A DNA stretch of 64,000 nucleotides from Patescibacteria group bacterium (GCA_023474425.1 JAMCXX010000002.1:68217-132216); one strand, 5' to 3'. Counted from the first letter of the stretch, positions 29,721-39,618 are shown. Numbers and translations are program-made. Notes: a model not told the origin generated them from the sequence alone.

Positions 29721-29765
29721 CATAAAGACCCTAGTGAGCTTCCGAACGAGTTTAGAATTTTATAG

Positions 29766-29795
29766 TGTCCCACGAAGCTTTAGCGAAGTAGGACA
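29766..29795. repeat. REP-like palindrome (stem-GAA-GC-TTTA-GC-GAA-stem)
   Basis: TGTCCCACGAAGCTTTAGCGAAGTAGGACA; 17-nt core GAAGCTTTAGCGAAGT(A/G) recurs in lepA at 57529-57545. Confidence 0.8.
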
Positions 29796-29805
29796 GATTT
29801 GATTT

Positions 29806-31494
29806 TCACTTCTTATTTCCCAAACAGGATTTAACAAAGGATATAAAGAGTGGGTGCGGGTTTAATGGACGGGATTTATATTCCGGATGAAATTGCGTGC
29901 CGACAAAAAATGGATGAACCGATTTGGGAAGCTCCAGTGCTTCCACCAATTTTCCGTCCGGAGATAAGGCACTAAAGACTAAACCCGCAGCTTCCAATTT
30001 TTGACGAAACTCATTGTTGACCTCATACCGATGCCTGTGCCTCTCTTCTATTTGGACATCCTTCTGACCTTCCGCCTTTGCCGAGGCTACGGCGGGCGGG
30101 CCTTCCAACCTATACGCCTCCTCGATGACCGATCCTCCTTTGAGGATCGCCGGCCATGAGCCGAGTCTAATTGTTCCGCCGTATTGATGAGCTTCCAGAT
30201 ATTTCTTCTGGTCAGGCATAATATGAATGACCGGATAAGGAGTTTTTGCGTCTGCTTCTTCGGAATTAGCACCGGTGAGACCACAAACATTCCGGGCGTA
30301 TTCAATAACAGCCATCTGCATACCAAAGCAAAGCCCCAGGTACGGGATTTTATTTTCCCTGGCAAACTTAATCGCCTCAATTTTCCCTTCGGTACCGCGA
30401 GAGCCCCAACCTTGGGGAATAACTACGCCATCAAATTTTAATTTGCTAACGCCCTCGGCGGTAAGTTCCGTGGAGTCCACGGGAACAACATTAACCTTTA
30501 CTTTATTAAACGAGGCGGCATGTTTTAGCGCTTCTAGAACAGAAACGTAGACATCTTTATGGCTGCTCTGGCCGTGGGTCACGTACTTCCCAACCAGGGC
30601 AATGTTTACTTCTTTTTTGGCTGTTTCCAAACCGGAAATAAAACTTTTCCACTCTTTAAAATCTGGCTCTTTTTCGGGGAGGCCGAATTTTGAAAGAATT
30701 TTTCTAGTGAGTCCGTTTTTATTAAAATTTACGGGGAGGTTATAAATTAAATCCAAATCAGGGTCGTCAAAAACGGCATCATCGTCCAAAAAACAGCGCT
30801 TGGCCAAGGTTTCACGGCGGGGTTCATCCAAGGGAACTTCGTCGCGGGTAATTAAAATGTCGGGGTTAATGCCGGCCTGACGCAAATTGGCCACGGCGTG
30901 TTGGGTGGGCTTGGTTTTAAGCTCACCCACATTTCTTAAAAACGGAACATAGGAAACCAGCACATAAAGGGCTTGCCTTTCGCGCCCCATTTCCCTAGCG
31001 GCATAAAGAAAGGGCAGATTTTCTATGTCGCCGGTGGTTCCGCCCACCTCCACCACTACAAAATCGTAACCATTTTCGCCCTCGTAAAAGCGTCTTTTAA
31101 TTTCGTTGGGGACGTCGGGAATCATCTCCACATCCCGGCCCTCATATTTAAACGAACGTTCGTTGGCAATAATGGTGCTAAAAATTTTGCCGGAAGTCAG
31201 ATTGTTTTCTTTGGAAAAGCTTTGGTTAAGAAACCGTTCGTAGTTGCCCAAATCCTGATCTATTTCGCCACCGTCGTCGGTCACAAAAACCTCGCCGTGT
31301 TCGGCCGGACGCATGGTTCCGGCATCAACGTTCAAATAGGGGTCAATTTTAAAAAGGTTAACTTTGTACCCGCAGGATTTAAGAAGAAGCCCAATGGAAG
31401 CAGTCACAATGCCTTTGCCGAGGCCGGATAAAACTCCGCCAACGACGAAAATGTATTTGGGAAATTTTTTAGAAACAGCATTCGACCGCGGCAC
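29806..31494 (-). CDS. pyrG: CTP synthase
   Basis: GGVLSGLGKG, KIDPYLNVDAGTM, KTKPTQ, GLCFGMQ, ERHRHRYE, QFHPE; start uncertain (GTG 31494). Confidence 0.98.
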   Translation of the reverse strand: MPRSNAVSKKFPKYIFVVGGVLSGLGKGIVTASIGLLLKSCGYKVNLFKIDPYLNVDAGTMRPAEHGEVFVTDDGGEIDQDLGNYERFLNQSFSKENNLTSGKIFSTIIANERSFKYEGRDVEMIPDVPNEIKRRFYEGENGYDFVVVEVGGTTGDIENLPFLYAAREMGRERQALYVLVSYVPFLRNVGELKTKPTQHAVANLRQAGINPDILITRDEVPLDEPRRETLAKRCFLDDDAVFDDPDLDLIYNLPVNFNKNGLTRKILSKFGLPEKEPDFKEWKSFISGLETAKKEVNIALVGKYVTHGQSSHKDVYVSVLEALKHAASFNKVKVNVVPVDSTELTAEGVSKLKFDGVVIPQGWGSRGTEGKIEAIKFARENKIPYLGLCFGMQMAVIEYARNVCGLTGANSEEADAKTPYPVIHIMPDQKKYLEAHQYGGTIRLGSWPAILKGGSVIEEAYRLEGPPAVASAKAEGQKDVQIEERHRHRYEVNNEFRQKLEAAGLVFSALSPDGKLVEALELPKSVHPFFVGTQFHPEYKSRPLNPHPLFISFVKSCLGNKK

Positions 31495-31650
31495 AATCAA
31501 TTCTTAAATAAAGGTCGCTTTTAGTCAATATGGGGGTTACTTGTGAATTCTGCTTCAGATTTTCACATCCGGAAATGTTTGAGAACCCGCGGTACTATCT
31601 GGAAAAGACGTTATTCATTGTGCCAACTCGTTAAGAGAATCCGTATCAAG

Positions 31651-31790
31651 CTACATAAACCTCGTGCGACCCGCCTGCCAAAGCTAATTTTAGAAAATTT
31701 ATCTAACCATAGGAGAAGAACAATTAACCAGGTCTAATTTGGTTTGGGGTTTGGGCATAGCGGGCAGGTCGCACTATAAAAATGTAGTTA
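31651..31790 (+). ncRNA. Candidate structured RNA or miniature element, copy 1
   Basis: Near-duplicate of 55744-55882; closing helices GTGCGACC/GGTCGCAC and AGCTACAT/ATGTAGTT. Confidence 0.45.
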
Positions 31791-31847
31791 GGACTAATGT
31801 CATTCTGGCCGCAGTCCAGAATCATTTATTGGCTAATAAGATGGGGT

Positions 31848-32444
31848 TTAAAGAAATTTGAAAGTGGAGATAATGCTGTTTTCTATTTGGTTAATGTCCT
31901 CAGCCCTTGTTTGAACGAATATTTCGGCCATAAGAGCACGCTTAACACTACGAATGTTTATTAGCCAGCAATACCCAGCTTGACAATACTCTCGGTGCGC
32001 CTCAGCCGATTCTCCGTTGATAATAAGGGAATTTCTTTTGAAGACTCCAGCGGACTTCATCATTTTCGCCGTGGAAGATGTACTAAAGCTATCAACGATT
32101 TGCTTTGGGGTTAGGCCTAAATATCTGTAGACGGTGAAATCGATAAAATACAAGTTTGGGCTTGGATCCGCTATCGCAATTTGCACCACGTCCTTAGTGT
32201 TGATTTGGGCAAAATTATTAAATGTTGGGTCACTTCGCTTTTCCAGCTTCCAGGAAGAGGGATATTTAAATGTAAAACCATAGTCGTTGTTTATGTATGT
32301 TTTCCAATTCGCGGTTTCATCGGTTAGTGTAGAAGCTGACGGAGTACTAAGGGGGCTTTGAGTTGGTGTGGGCGTCGCGGCTGGAGTTTGATTGGGGACG
32401 GGAACCTCGGTTTTGGGAGTGTAGGGGCTACGAGGCCTAACCAT
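31848..32444 (-). CDS. Extracytoplasmic-type protein with Pro/Thr linker (PsbP-like CPR family), possibly 5'-truncated
   Basis: TPTPT linker followed by ETANWKTYINNDYGFTFKYPSSW; no N-terminal TM in frame. Confidence 0.6.
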   Translation of the reverse strand: MVRPRSPYTPKTEVPVPNQTPAATPTPTQSPLSTPSASTLTDETANWKTYINNDYGFTFKYPSSWKLEKRSDPTFNNFAQINTKDVVQIAIADPSPNLYFIDFTVYRYLGLTPKQIVDSFSTSSTAKMMKSAGVFKRNSLIINGESAEAHREYCQAGYCWLINIRSVKRALMAEIFVQTRAEDINQIENSIISTFKFL

Positions 32445-32500
32445 CCATGATTTTTACCTACGCTATAGCGTAAGAAAAAAGCACAATTATTTTTTACGGC

Positions 32501-32896
32501 TCAATGGCTCGAACTCGAATAACTCACCTTCTGCCTGAACACCCTATACCAACCGAAGATAACGGGTAAGACGAGAGTTAAAATGTAGTACAAATAGACA
32601 TCCAATTTATAATAGCCGTTCGTGGGCTTTAGGAGTTTGACCAGGAATAGATAATCAAAGACAACGGCAATCAAGGTCCAAGCAATCCCCAGTATTAAAT
32701 AGTATCGGATTGATACCCCTTTTATTTTCTTAAACAAAACCCAAAGGGTCACCGCGATACCAAAGGGCATAATGGCCCAGCCAAGAAGTTCTTTGGGGAC
32801 AAACACAAAGAATACAAAACCCAAAATGTAGCCAAAAAGCCAAAGTCCAATACCCCAACCCAGGGAATCTTTTAGAAACCTGGCGGCACCAACCAT
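32501..32896 (-). CDS. Hypothetical four-TM membrane protein
   Basis: Four hydrophobic segments; co-oriented with neighbours. Confidence 0.7.
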   Translation of the reverse strand: MVGAARFLKDSLGWGIGLWLFGYILGFVFFVFVPKELLGWAIMPFGIAVTLWVLFKKIKGVSIRYYLILGIAWTLIAVVFDYLFLVKLLKPTNGYYKLDVYLYYILTLVLPVIFGWYRVFRQKVSYSSSSH

Positions 32897-32903
32897 AAAT
32901 ACA

Positions 32904-33509
32904 TTATATTTTAACTCCTAAAGTCCGTAGGCGCTCCACGAACTTATTAAACCCTTCGTAAAGAAAGGTGGTGATTCCCAGATTTTTAGCGCCGGCTAGG
33001 CGTTCGGGGTTATCATCTGTAAAGACAATCTCCGATGGTTCCACCACGGATCGTCTAATTAGTTCTTTAAAAATTTTTTCGGAGGGTTTGCTCTCCCCGA
33101 CTTCGTAGGAGAAAACCGCCGCGTCAAAGTCGTCTAGAAACTTAAATTTTTCCTGTAAACCGTCAACACGCGCTCTAAAATTGTTGGAGCAAATTAAAGT
33201 TTTGTAGCCGCGGCGGCGGATGCTTTTGACAACGCCTGCCACATCGGGATCCACAGCGTAACCGGTGATTAACTTATCCGTCAGGTCATTCCAAGAACCG
33301 GCGAAACCCCATTCTTTAGCCGCCCAAGTCCAAAACTCCTCATCGGTCATTTTGCCGTTCTTGTAAAGCTTGTTCATCTGACCGCTTTTTAGGAAAACCC
33401 GCCGGGCCTCGCTGTCGGAAATTCCTAAACCAACCAGACTTTGAATAAATTTTTCCTTGCCAACGGGGAAATAAACCCCATCCAAATCAAAAGTAACGGC
33501 TTTAATCAT
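32904..33509 (-). CDS. HAD-superfamily hydrolase (YihX-like)
   Basis: FDLDGV, CSN, KP..IF, FTDD motifs. Confidence 0.9.
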   Translation of the reverse strand: MIKAVTFDLDGVYFPVGKEKFIQSLVGLGISDSEARRVFLKSGQMNKLYKNGKMTDEEFWTWAAKEWGFAGSWNDLTDKLITGYAVDPDVAGVVKSIRRRGYKTLICSNNFRARVDGLQEKFKFLDDFDAAVFSYEVGESKPSEKIFKELIRRSVVEPSEIVFTDDNPERLAGAKNLGITTFLYEGFNKFVERLRTLGVKI

Positions 33510-33520
33510 GACTAAATTTT

Positions 33521-33970
33521 TCAGTGGATGTTTTTAAAGAAGGTTTTGCGCTTGGGTTTGGCTAAAGATGTGTTTTCGCCGCCAGGCGATTCTTTAACCG
33601 GTTTAATTTTTTCAACCGGCAAATCAATACGATGGTCGCTTAAAGAAGTGTCGATGGGCAGGCTTTCCTCCCCGTCGTCGTAGCTTTCGTTAAGCCCTTG
33701 ACTTACCTCCGCGCCTAATTCTTCAATTTTTTTAAACCCGGAAATCAGCGGCTCGGCTTTTTCGGAAATCCGGGAAACCAAGGGTTCAACGTCATGGCGC
33801 ATTTTTTTTAAGGAGGGTTCTAAATTTCCTTTGAGCTCGTCGGCTTTTTTCTTAAGCTTCCTTCGTGAAATCTCTCCTTTTTCCGGCGCCAGCAAAACCC
33901 CCAGCACGGCGCCGCAGAGGATTCCGAGAAGAAACGGAAATATATTATTGGTCGTTTTATGTTCAGACAT
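33521..33970 (-). CDS. YtxH-domain protein
   Basis: FLLGILCGAVLGVLLAPEKGEISRRKL. Confidence 0.85.
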   Translation of the reverse strand: MSEHKTTNNIFPFLLGILCGAVLGVLLAPEKGEISRRKLKKKADELKGNLEPSLKKMRHDVEPLVSRISEKAEPLISGFKKIEELGAEVSQGLNESYDDGEESLPIDTSLSDHRIDLPVEKIKPVKESPGGENTSLAKPKRKTFFKNIH

Positions 33971-34085
33971 AATATAAATGTAAACCTTCCACTGATTTCC
34001 CACACAGATTAACACGAATATCCGTGACCATCCGTGGAGAGAACCTGCTTGCCGCAGGCAAGTCTGTGGTAGGCTTTCCTTTTAA

Positions 34086-34385
34086 TTAGGGCGTATCTTC
34101 CTCTTCCGTATGAGAAACCTTCTTTTTCTTTTTATCGTTGTCTTTAAGTCCCTTAATCGCCTTAAAGGCCTTAACACCCTCGGTAAAAGCGGAAATGGCC
34201 CCCGAGGCGCCCACAATGGGCGAGGCTACGGCGCTGGAAACAGCCGAAGCCGAATCCAGAATCTCGTTAATTTTAGTTACGGTGGTGCGGACTTCTTTAA
34301 GAATTAAAACAATATAGATGCCGACGAAAATTAAATTGGCCGAAAGAAGAGCAATAATAATAACCAGCAGTGTTTGCGTATCCAT
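34086..34385 (-). CDS. Small membrane protein (YtxG/DUF948-like)
   Basis: N-terminal TM, LKEVRTTVTKINEIL amphipathic helix; precedes the YtxH gene. Confidence 0.65.
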   Translation of the reverse strand: MDTQTLLVIIIALLSANLIFVGIYIVLILKEVRTTVTKINEILDSASAVSSAVASPIVGASGAISAFTEGVKAFKAIKGLKDNDKKKKKVSHTEEEDTP

Positions 34386-34455
34386 AAGGCAGTACCTTAA
34401 TTCTCAAGTCTCAATTGAAAATTGTCAACCTGTCCGCGCGGGCTGGCAGGTTGTT

Positions 34456-35085
34456 TTATGGTCCAACGACCACATTCCTAACTACCTGGCTTTCTCGGCC
34501 GGCTTTATTGGTGGCGATAAAAGTGAGAGTGTTGGTTCCGTCTTTAAGAGCCACCGAGGTAGCAAACGAACCGTCACTGCCCACATTCACAGATTGCCCG
34601 TTAATTTTAACCTGACAGTCGGCACAGACCTTGCCGATAGCATCAATTTTTAAGGCATTAATGTGTAAATCAGCCGCCGGTGATTCCACCCTAAGATAAG
34701 GCGGTTCAAAATAAATATGAGCCTGCCAAAAAAGATAGAAAAAAAAGAGGATGAAGATAGCCAGAACGGCGCCCCAAGTAATTTTTTCCGGCGTCAGTAT
34801 AGGTAATCCAACCCCCACCGGTTTAATGTGTCCCGGAGAAATCTGACGGCTGCCAAAATCGCGGCGGAAAAAAGCCAGCATCTGGTCCACATTCAAACCC
34901 AAATAAGCGGAGTAATTTTTTAAAAAACCGGTCAAATGAATTCCCGAAGCAAAAACTCCAAAATCTCCGGACTCCAGGGCCGCAAGGTATTTAGAATGAA
35001 TCTTTAAATCTCTGGAGGCCTGCTCGAGACTAATTCCCTTTTCCTCTCGGGCATGCTTAAGAACCCGGCTGATGTTAAGCTGCAT
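34456..35085 (-). CDS. RodZ-like HTH membrane protein with C-terminal Ig-like domain
   Basis: LKHAREEKGISLEQAS..KI..YLAALESG, GFLKNYSAYLGL, TM; follows ftsK. Confidence 0.85.
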   Translation of the reverse strand: MQLNISRVLKHAREEKGISLEQASRDLKIHSKYLAALESGDFGVFASGIHLTGFLKNYSAYLGLNVDQMLAFFRRDFGSRQISPGHIKPVGVGLPILTPEKITWGAVLAIFILFFFYLFWQAHIYFEPPYLRVESPAADLHINALKIDAIGKVCADCQVKINGQSVNVGSDGSFATSVALKDGTNTLTFIATNKAGRESQVVRNVVVGP

Positions 35086-37366
35086 AGTCGTCCCCAGCCT
35101 CCCCGCCGTCGCCGACGACTTCCTCGCCGGTTGAGGCTTCCGCCGCAAACGGATCGTGGATAAGTACTTCTCGCGGTTTGCTGCCGTCCACCGGCCCTAC
35201 TATGCCTCGGCTCTCCATCTCGTCCAAAAGCCTGGCGGCGCGGGAATAGCCGATTTTAAGACGGCGCTGAAGGAGAGAGGCTGAGGCCCGGTCATATTCA
35301 CAAACTACCTTCACCGCTTCCCGAAACAAAGTATCATCGGAACTCTCGGCGCCGGAAACCGTGGAAGATCCGCCCGGGGCCGCTCGAAACTGGGTAACCT
35401 CCTCTTCGTATTGCGGCTTAACTTGGGTGTTTTTTAAATAATCCACCAGCGCCGAAAGTTCGGCGGGCGACACATATACACCCTGAATCCTGACCGGCTT
35501 AGAAGACTCCGGCGGTAAATAGAGCATGTCGCCCCGTCCCAAAAGTTTCTCTGCCCCGCTTTGGTCAATAATCACCCGACTGTCAATTTGGGAAGTAACA
35601 TTAAAGGCAATCCGGGCAGGAATGTTGGCCTTAATGAGTCCGGTTAAAACGTCAACCGATGGCCGCTGGGTAGAAAGAACCAGGTGAATTCCGGTAGCCC
35701 GGGCCATCTGGGCTAGGCGGCAAACCACTTTTTCCACCTCTACCGGCGCCATCTGCATCATGTCCGCCATTTCGTCAACCAAAATTACAATGTAGGGCAG
35801 AGCTTGAAACCCGGAGAGTTCGTTGTAGGAATCAATATTTCGGGCCCGGGCGTTTTGGAAAAGGCGATAGCGCCGCTCCATCTCGGCCACAGCCCACTTG
35901 AGGGCCGAAAGAACTTTTTCCGGTTCGGTAATCACCGGAGCCAAAAGGTGGGGAATGTCGTTGTATTCGGTAAGCTCCACCCTCTTGGTATCTACCAAAA
36001 TAAACTTAAGTTCCTCGGGGCTGTTTCTAAAAAGAAGGGTGGCCAACATCGCGTGAACCAAAGTGCTTTTGCCCGAACCGGTGGAACCGGCAATGAGCAC
36101 GTGAGGCATGCGGGCAAGGTCAGCCAAAACTGGCTGCCCGCCAACATCCAGCCCCATGGCTACCGTAAGTTTCCCTTTGTTGCTCTGCATTTGTGGCGAG
36201 GAAAGAATGGAGCGGAGATTAACCATGGCCGGGGATAAATTAGGCGTCTCCACGCCGATTAGAGACTTTCCGGGAATGGGCGCCTCAATCCGCACGCTGC
36301 CGGTGGGCGAGGCCAGGGCCATGGCCAAGTCATTCTGCAAATTTTTAATGCGGGCAATTTTGGTGCCCTGGGCCGACTCCAAAGCGTACTGGGTAACGGC
36401 CGGACCCATATTCACTTCCACCACCCGCGCTTTAATGCCAAAAGATTCCAGAGTCTTTTCAATAACCGCGGCGTTGCCGGAAACGTCGCCGCGATTAGCT
36501 TCGGCCCCTTTGGCCTCGGAAAGAATGGAGAGCGGCGGGTATTCCCAAATGTAACTTTCCATGGGCAAATTTTTAACTGTTTCCTCCACAAAAACTCCCG
36601 GCTCGTAAACTTTCTTGACCTCTTCTCTTTTTTTGACCGGCTCAAAAGCCGGCTTAACCTCGGGCAAAATCTTGGGCAAAACTTTAACCTCCAAAGTCTT
36701 TGATTCCACCTCTTCTTCCTCCTCGACTTCCGCTCCCTCGCGTCGGCCAGACACAGCGGCAACCTTCACCGCCGCCGGTTCAACGGCCGTTTTTCTTCGC
36801 CCCTTTTCGGCCGCGCCCAAAACCAGCCGGCGGAAGATAACCGGCAAAAGTCCCAGACCTCTCGTTAGAATTTCCATGGACCCTTTTAAGGAAGCGTTAA
36901 AAAGAACGAGAAGGGAAATTAAAAGGAGGGCCGAAAGCACAAAAAAAGCGCCCAAAAAAGTAAAGGTCTTAATTAAAAAATGGGAAATAAAGTAGCCCAA
37001 AAGCCCGCCCCCCTGGCCGAGATTAGCCAGCTCCAAACCCGTCTCGCCGCGGTAGAAAATAAGATGGGTCAGCCCGGAGAGGGAAACTAAAAGCAGTAAG
37101 AGACCCAAAAAAGTGTTGAACTTAATAAAGGAAAAAGCTTTACCTAAAAATAGTAGCCCTAGGGTGATAAGAATAAACGGAACCAGAATGGAAACCCAGC
37201 CAAAAAGTTTGTTTAAGCCGTCCTGAAGGAATGAGCTGGCCGTGGCCGCCTGGGCAAAAAAGGAAATGAAGGTGAGAATTCCCAAAAGAATTAAGAAAAC
37301 GGCGGAAATGGAAATAAGGCTGTCCCGCTTGAGTTTGAATTTAAAGATACTCCGCCGCCTCGACAT
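35075..37366 (-). CDS. ftsK: DNA translocase FtsK/SpoIIIE
   Basis: 4TM N-terminus, RIEAPIPGK, AGSTGSGKS, TQRPSVDV, gamma domain SASLLQRRLKIGYSRAARL. Confidence 0.97.
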   Translation of the reverse strand: MSRRRSIFKFKLKRDSLISISAVFLILLGILTFISFFAQAATASSFLQDGLNKLFGWVSILVPFILITLGLLFLGKAFSFIKFNTFLGLLLLLVSLSGLTHLIFYRGETGLELANLGQGGGLLGYFISHFLIKTFTFLGAFFVLSALLLISLLVLFNASLKGSMEILTRGLGLLPVIFRRLVLGAAEKGRRKTAVEPAAVKVAAVSGRREGAEVEEEEEVESKTLEVKVLPKILPEVKPAFEPVKKREEVKKVYEPGVFVEETVKNLPMESYIWEYPPLSILSEAKGAEANRGDVSGNAAVIEKTLESFGIKARVVEVNMGPAVTQYALESAQGTKIARIKNLQNDLAMALASPTGSVRIEAPIPGKSLIGVETPNLSPAMVNLRSILSSPQMQSNKGKLTVAMGLDVGGQPVLADLARMPHVLIAGSTGSGKSTLVHAMLATLLFRNSPEELKFILVDTKRVELTEYNDIPHLLAPVITEPEKVLSALKWAVAEMERRYRLFQNARARNIDSYNELSGFQALPYIVILVDEMADMMQMAPVEVEKVVCRLAQMARATGIHLVLSTQRPSVDVLTGLIKANIPARIAFNVTSQIDSRVIIDQSGAEKLLGRGDMLYLPPESSKPVRIQGVYVSPAELSALVDYLKNTQVKPQYEEEVTQFRAAPGGSSTVSGAESSDDTLFREAVKVVCEYDRASASLLQRRLKIGYSRAARLLDEMESRGIVGPVDGSKPREVLIHDPFAAEASTGEEVVGDGGEAGDDYAA

Positions 37367-37414
37367 GCCTCCATTTTAACACCTTAAAAACTTAGGAATA
37401 AATGGGATTTGTGA

Positions 37415-37480
37415 AACAAAATAAAACGCCGGACGGGCATGGTTTTTAATCTTGTAATCCTTGAACCCCATCCGGCGTCT
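37415..37480 (-). terminator. Long GC stem with T-tract, probable intrinsic terminator
   Basis: Minus strand ACGCCGGATGGG-N29-CCCGTCCGGCGT-TTTATTTT. Confidence 0.5.
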
Positions 37481-37491
37481 ACAAGAAAAAG

Positions 37492-37824
37492 TCAAAACAT
37501 CAGTTTCTCGACGACCGTTATATCGCCGAACTTGGTTGACGGATCATAACGCAGTTCCCAGATATCTCCCAAGACTCTTGTCTGAAGAGTCCAGTACTTT
37601 CGCCCCTTCTCGACAGTGTCGAGCTTCAGATAAACCCATCTCCTCTGCCCCTGCTCACCAATATAAATGAACTCTAGGGATACTTTGGATGGCAACTTAG
37701 CTGTAGCCGCGTCAAATTCATCTTGACTGGGACCGCCAACAATTGAATAGTACGGACATTGACCTCTGACGTTTTTGTACACTATCTCCTCCTTAAAAAC
37801 CGATGTATCCTTTATAAATACCAC
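37492..37824 (-). CDS. Hypothetical protein
   Basis: 110-aa ORF filling the rnj-ftsK gap; no recognisable motif. Confidence 0.45.
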   Translation of the reverse strand: MVFIKDTSVFKEEIVYKNVRGQCPYYSIVGGPSQDEFDAATAKLPSKVSLEFIYIGEQGQRRWVYLKLDTVEKGRKYWTLQTRVLGDIWELRYDPSTKFGDITVVEKLMF

Positions 37825-37864
37825 TAAATTGGATATTTGTCAACTATAGGATTTAATTAGGGGG

Positions 37865-39571
37865 TTAAACTTCCACTACAATAGGAAGAACCAGGGGGCG
37901 CTTGTTCATCTTCTTAAATATGGCGCGGCTAATCACCCGTTCGATTTGAACTCTAAACTGCTTGCGGTCAAGGGCACCTTCTTTCATCTGGGCCAGGGTC
38001 CCCTCAATTTGGGAGTCAATAATTTTTAAGACTTCAACCGGAATATGTGAGGCCGAAAAAGCCCGGCTGGCAATTTCGGGCCGTCCGGAAAGTTTGGCCT
38101 GCCCACGCTTTAAGGGCACGGAAACAACCACAATCCCGTCGTCGGCAATCCGCCGTTTGTCCTGAATAACCGTATCGGAAATATCGGCGCTGCCGCCCTC
38201 ACCCACATAAACATCGGTCAGCTCAATTTTTTCGCCCAAACCGGCCTTAGCCTGGCTAAGTTCCAAAACCTGACCGGAAGAAAGTTCAAAGACACGCCCC
38301 GTCTCAACTCCGGTTTGGGAAATGAGTTTGTGGTACGCGCGCAGGTGCCGGGCCGTGCCGCCAATCGGCACAAAATACTTAGGCTTTACCAAAGCGGCCA
38401 AAAGCAGCATATCCCCCTGACTGCCGTGCCCCGAAACATGCAAATCGTTTTGAATCTCGTAGTTGTGCACCTCGGCCCCAAGCTCGGTGAGCTTATCGAC
38501 CAAAGTATCTACCGCCTCGGAAACACCCGGCGGGTTAGGATCGGCGCTAAAAATGACGGTAGCCCCGGGCTTCAGCTCCACAAACTTATGAGTACCCGAG
38601 GCCAGGCGGAAGAGGGCCGAGCCCTGCTGGCCGTATGCCCCGGCCACAATGTAGGTCAACTTGTTTTGGGGGAAGTCCCGGGCTTTTTCCGCCTTTATCA
38701 AATCGCGATTAGCGACTTTTAAGTAGTTAAGGTTCTTGGCCACAAGAACATTGTTCAAAATACTGCGTCCGACCACAACTATTTTGCGGTCAAACTTAAG
38801 CGAGGCGTTAATGGCCTGCTGAATCCTCGATATATTAGACGATATCGTTGTCACAACCACCTGACCGGGAGCTTTCTCGATAATATCTTCAAAAACGTGC
38901 TCAATATCTTTTTCCGACTTGGTATACCCTTCGGAATTGGCCCCCAGGCAGTCGGAACACAAAAGCAGGGCGTTTTCCTGGGCCAAGGAAACAACCTTGG
39001 TAATATCGAACTGACGGCCGTCCACCGGCGTCCAGTCAAATTTAAAATCGGGCACATGAAAAGCTTTGCCCGCCGGCGTCTCCAAACAATAACCAATTGA
39101 ATCCGGCACCGAATGATTAATTCTAAACGGCGTTATTTTAAAACCGCCAATCTGAAAACTGCCTTTCTCCGGATCAATCGTGTTAACGGTAAACTTGCCG
39201 GCAAGTTGATAATCCTCCAGCTTGGCCTTAATAAAACCGGCCACAAGGGGCGTGGCGTAAACCGGCACCGGCAGACGCGGCAAGATGTAGGGCAGGGCAC
39301 CAAAATGGTCCTCGTGCCCGTGGGTTACAAGAATGGCGCGTACCCTCTGGTAATTTTTTTCCAAATAACTAATATCGGGAATCACTACATCCACCCCCAA
39401 AAGGTCGGAGTCTGGAAAGCCAATGCCGCAATCCACCACCAAAATATCCGAGCCATATTCGTAAACATACATGTTTTTGGTGACATCGCGGATTCCGCCC
39501 AGTGAAAGAAACTTGAGTTTTTCCCGGAAAACGTTTTCTTTTATTTGAGGCTTGATTTTAAATCGAAACAT
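37865..39571 (-). CDS. rnj: Ribonuclease J
   Basis: LGG..VTKNM, VDCG, THGHEDH, NHSVPD, DFKFD, HVSGH. Confidence 0.96.
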   Translation of the reverse strand: MFRFKIKPQIKENVFREKLKFLSLGGIRDVTKNMYVYEYGSDILVVDCGIGFPDSDLLGVDVVIPDISYLEKNYQRVRAILVTHGHEDHFGALPYILPRLPVPVYATPLVAGFIKAKLEDYQLAGKFTVNTIDPEKGSFQIGGFKITPFRINHSVPDSIGYCLETPAGKAFHVPDFKFDWTPVDGRQFDITKVVSLAQENALLLCSDCLGANSEGYTKSEKDIEHVFEDIIEKAPGQVVVTTISSNISRIQQAINASLKFDRKIVVVGRSILNNVLVAKNLNYLKVANRDLIKAEKARDFPQNKLTYIVAGAYGQQGSALFRLASGTHKFVELKPGATVIFSADPNPPGVSEAVDTLVDKLTELGAEVHNYEIQNDLHVSGHGSQGDMLLLAALVKPKYFVPIGGTARHLRAYHKLISQTGVETGRVFELSSGQVLELSQAKAGLGEKIELTDVYVGEGGSADISDTVIQDKRRIADDGIVVVSVPLKRGQAKLSGRPEIASRAFSASHIPVEVLKIIDSQIEGTLAQMKEGALDRKQFRVQIERVISRAIFKKMNKRPLVLPIVVEV

Positions 39572-39618
39572 AACTTAGACCGCAAACGAATCTTTGACCT
39601 AACTCGAGTTTTTTTACA

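Noticed and set aside
29503..29773. Minus-strand ORFs of 72 and 61 aa
   Set aside because: Antisense translations of tRNA sequence (EAREGIEP, GGAERNRTA patterns).
31543..31737. 64-aa plus-strand ORF
   Set aside because: Runs into the duplicated element and its frame is not preserved in the second copy (1-nt indel).
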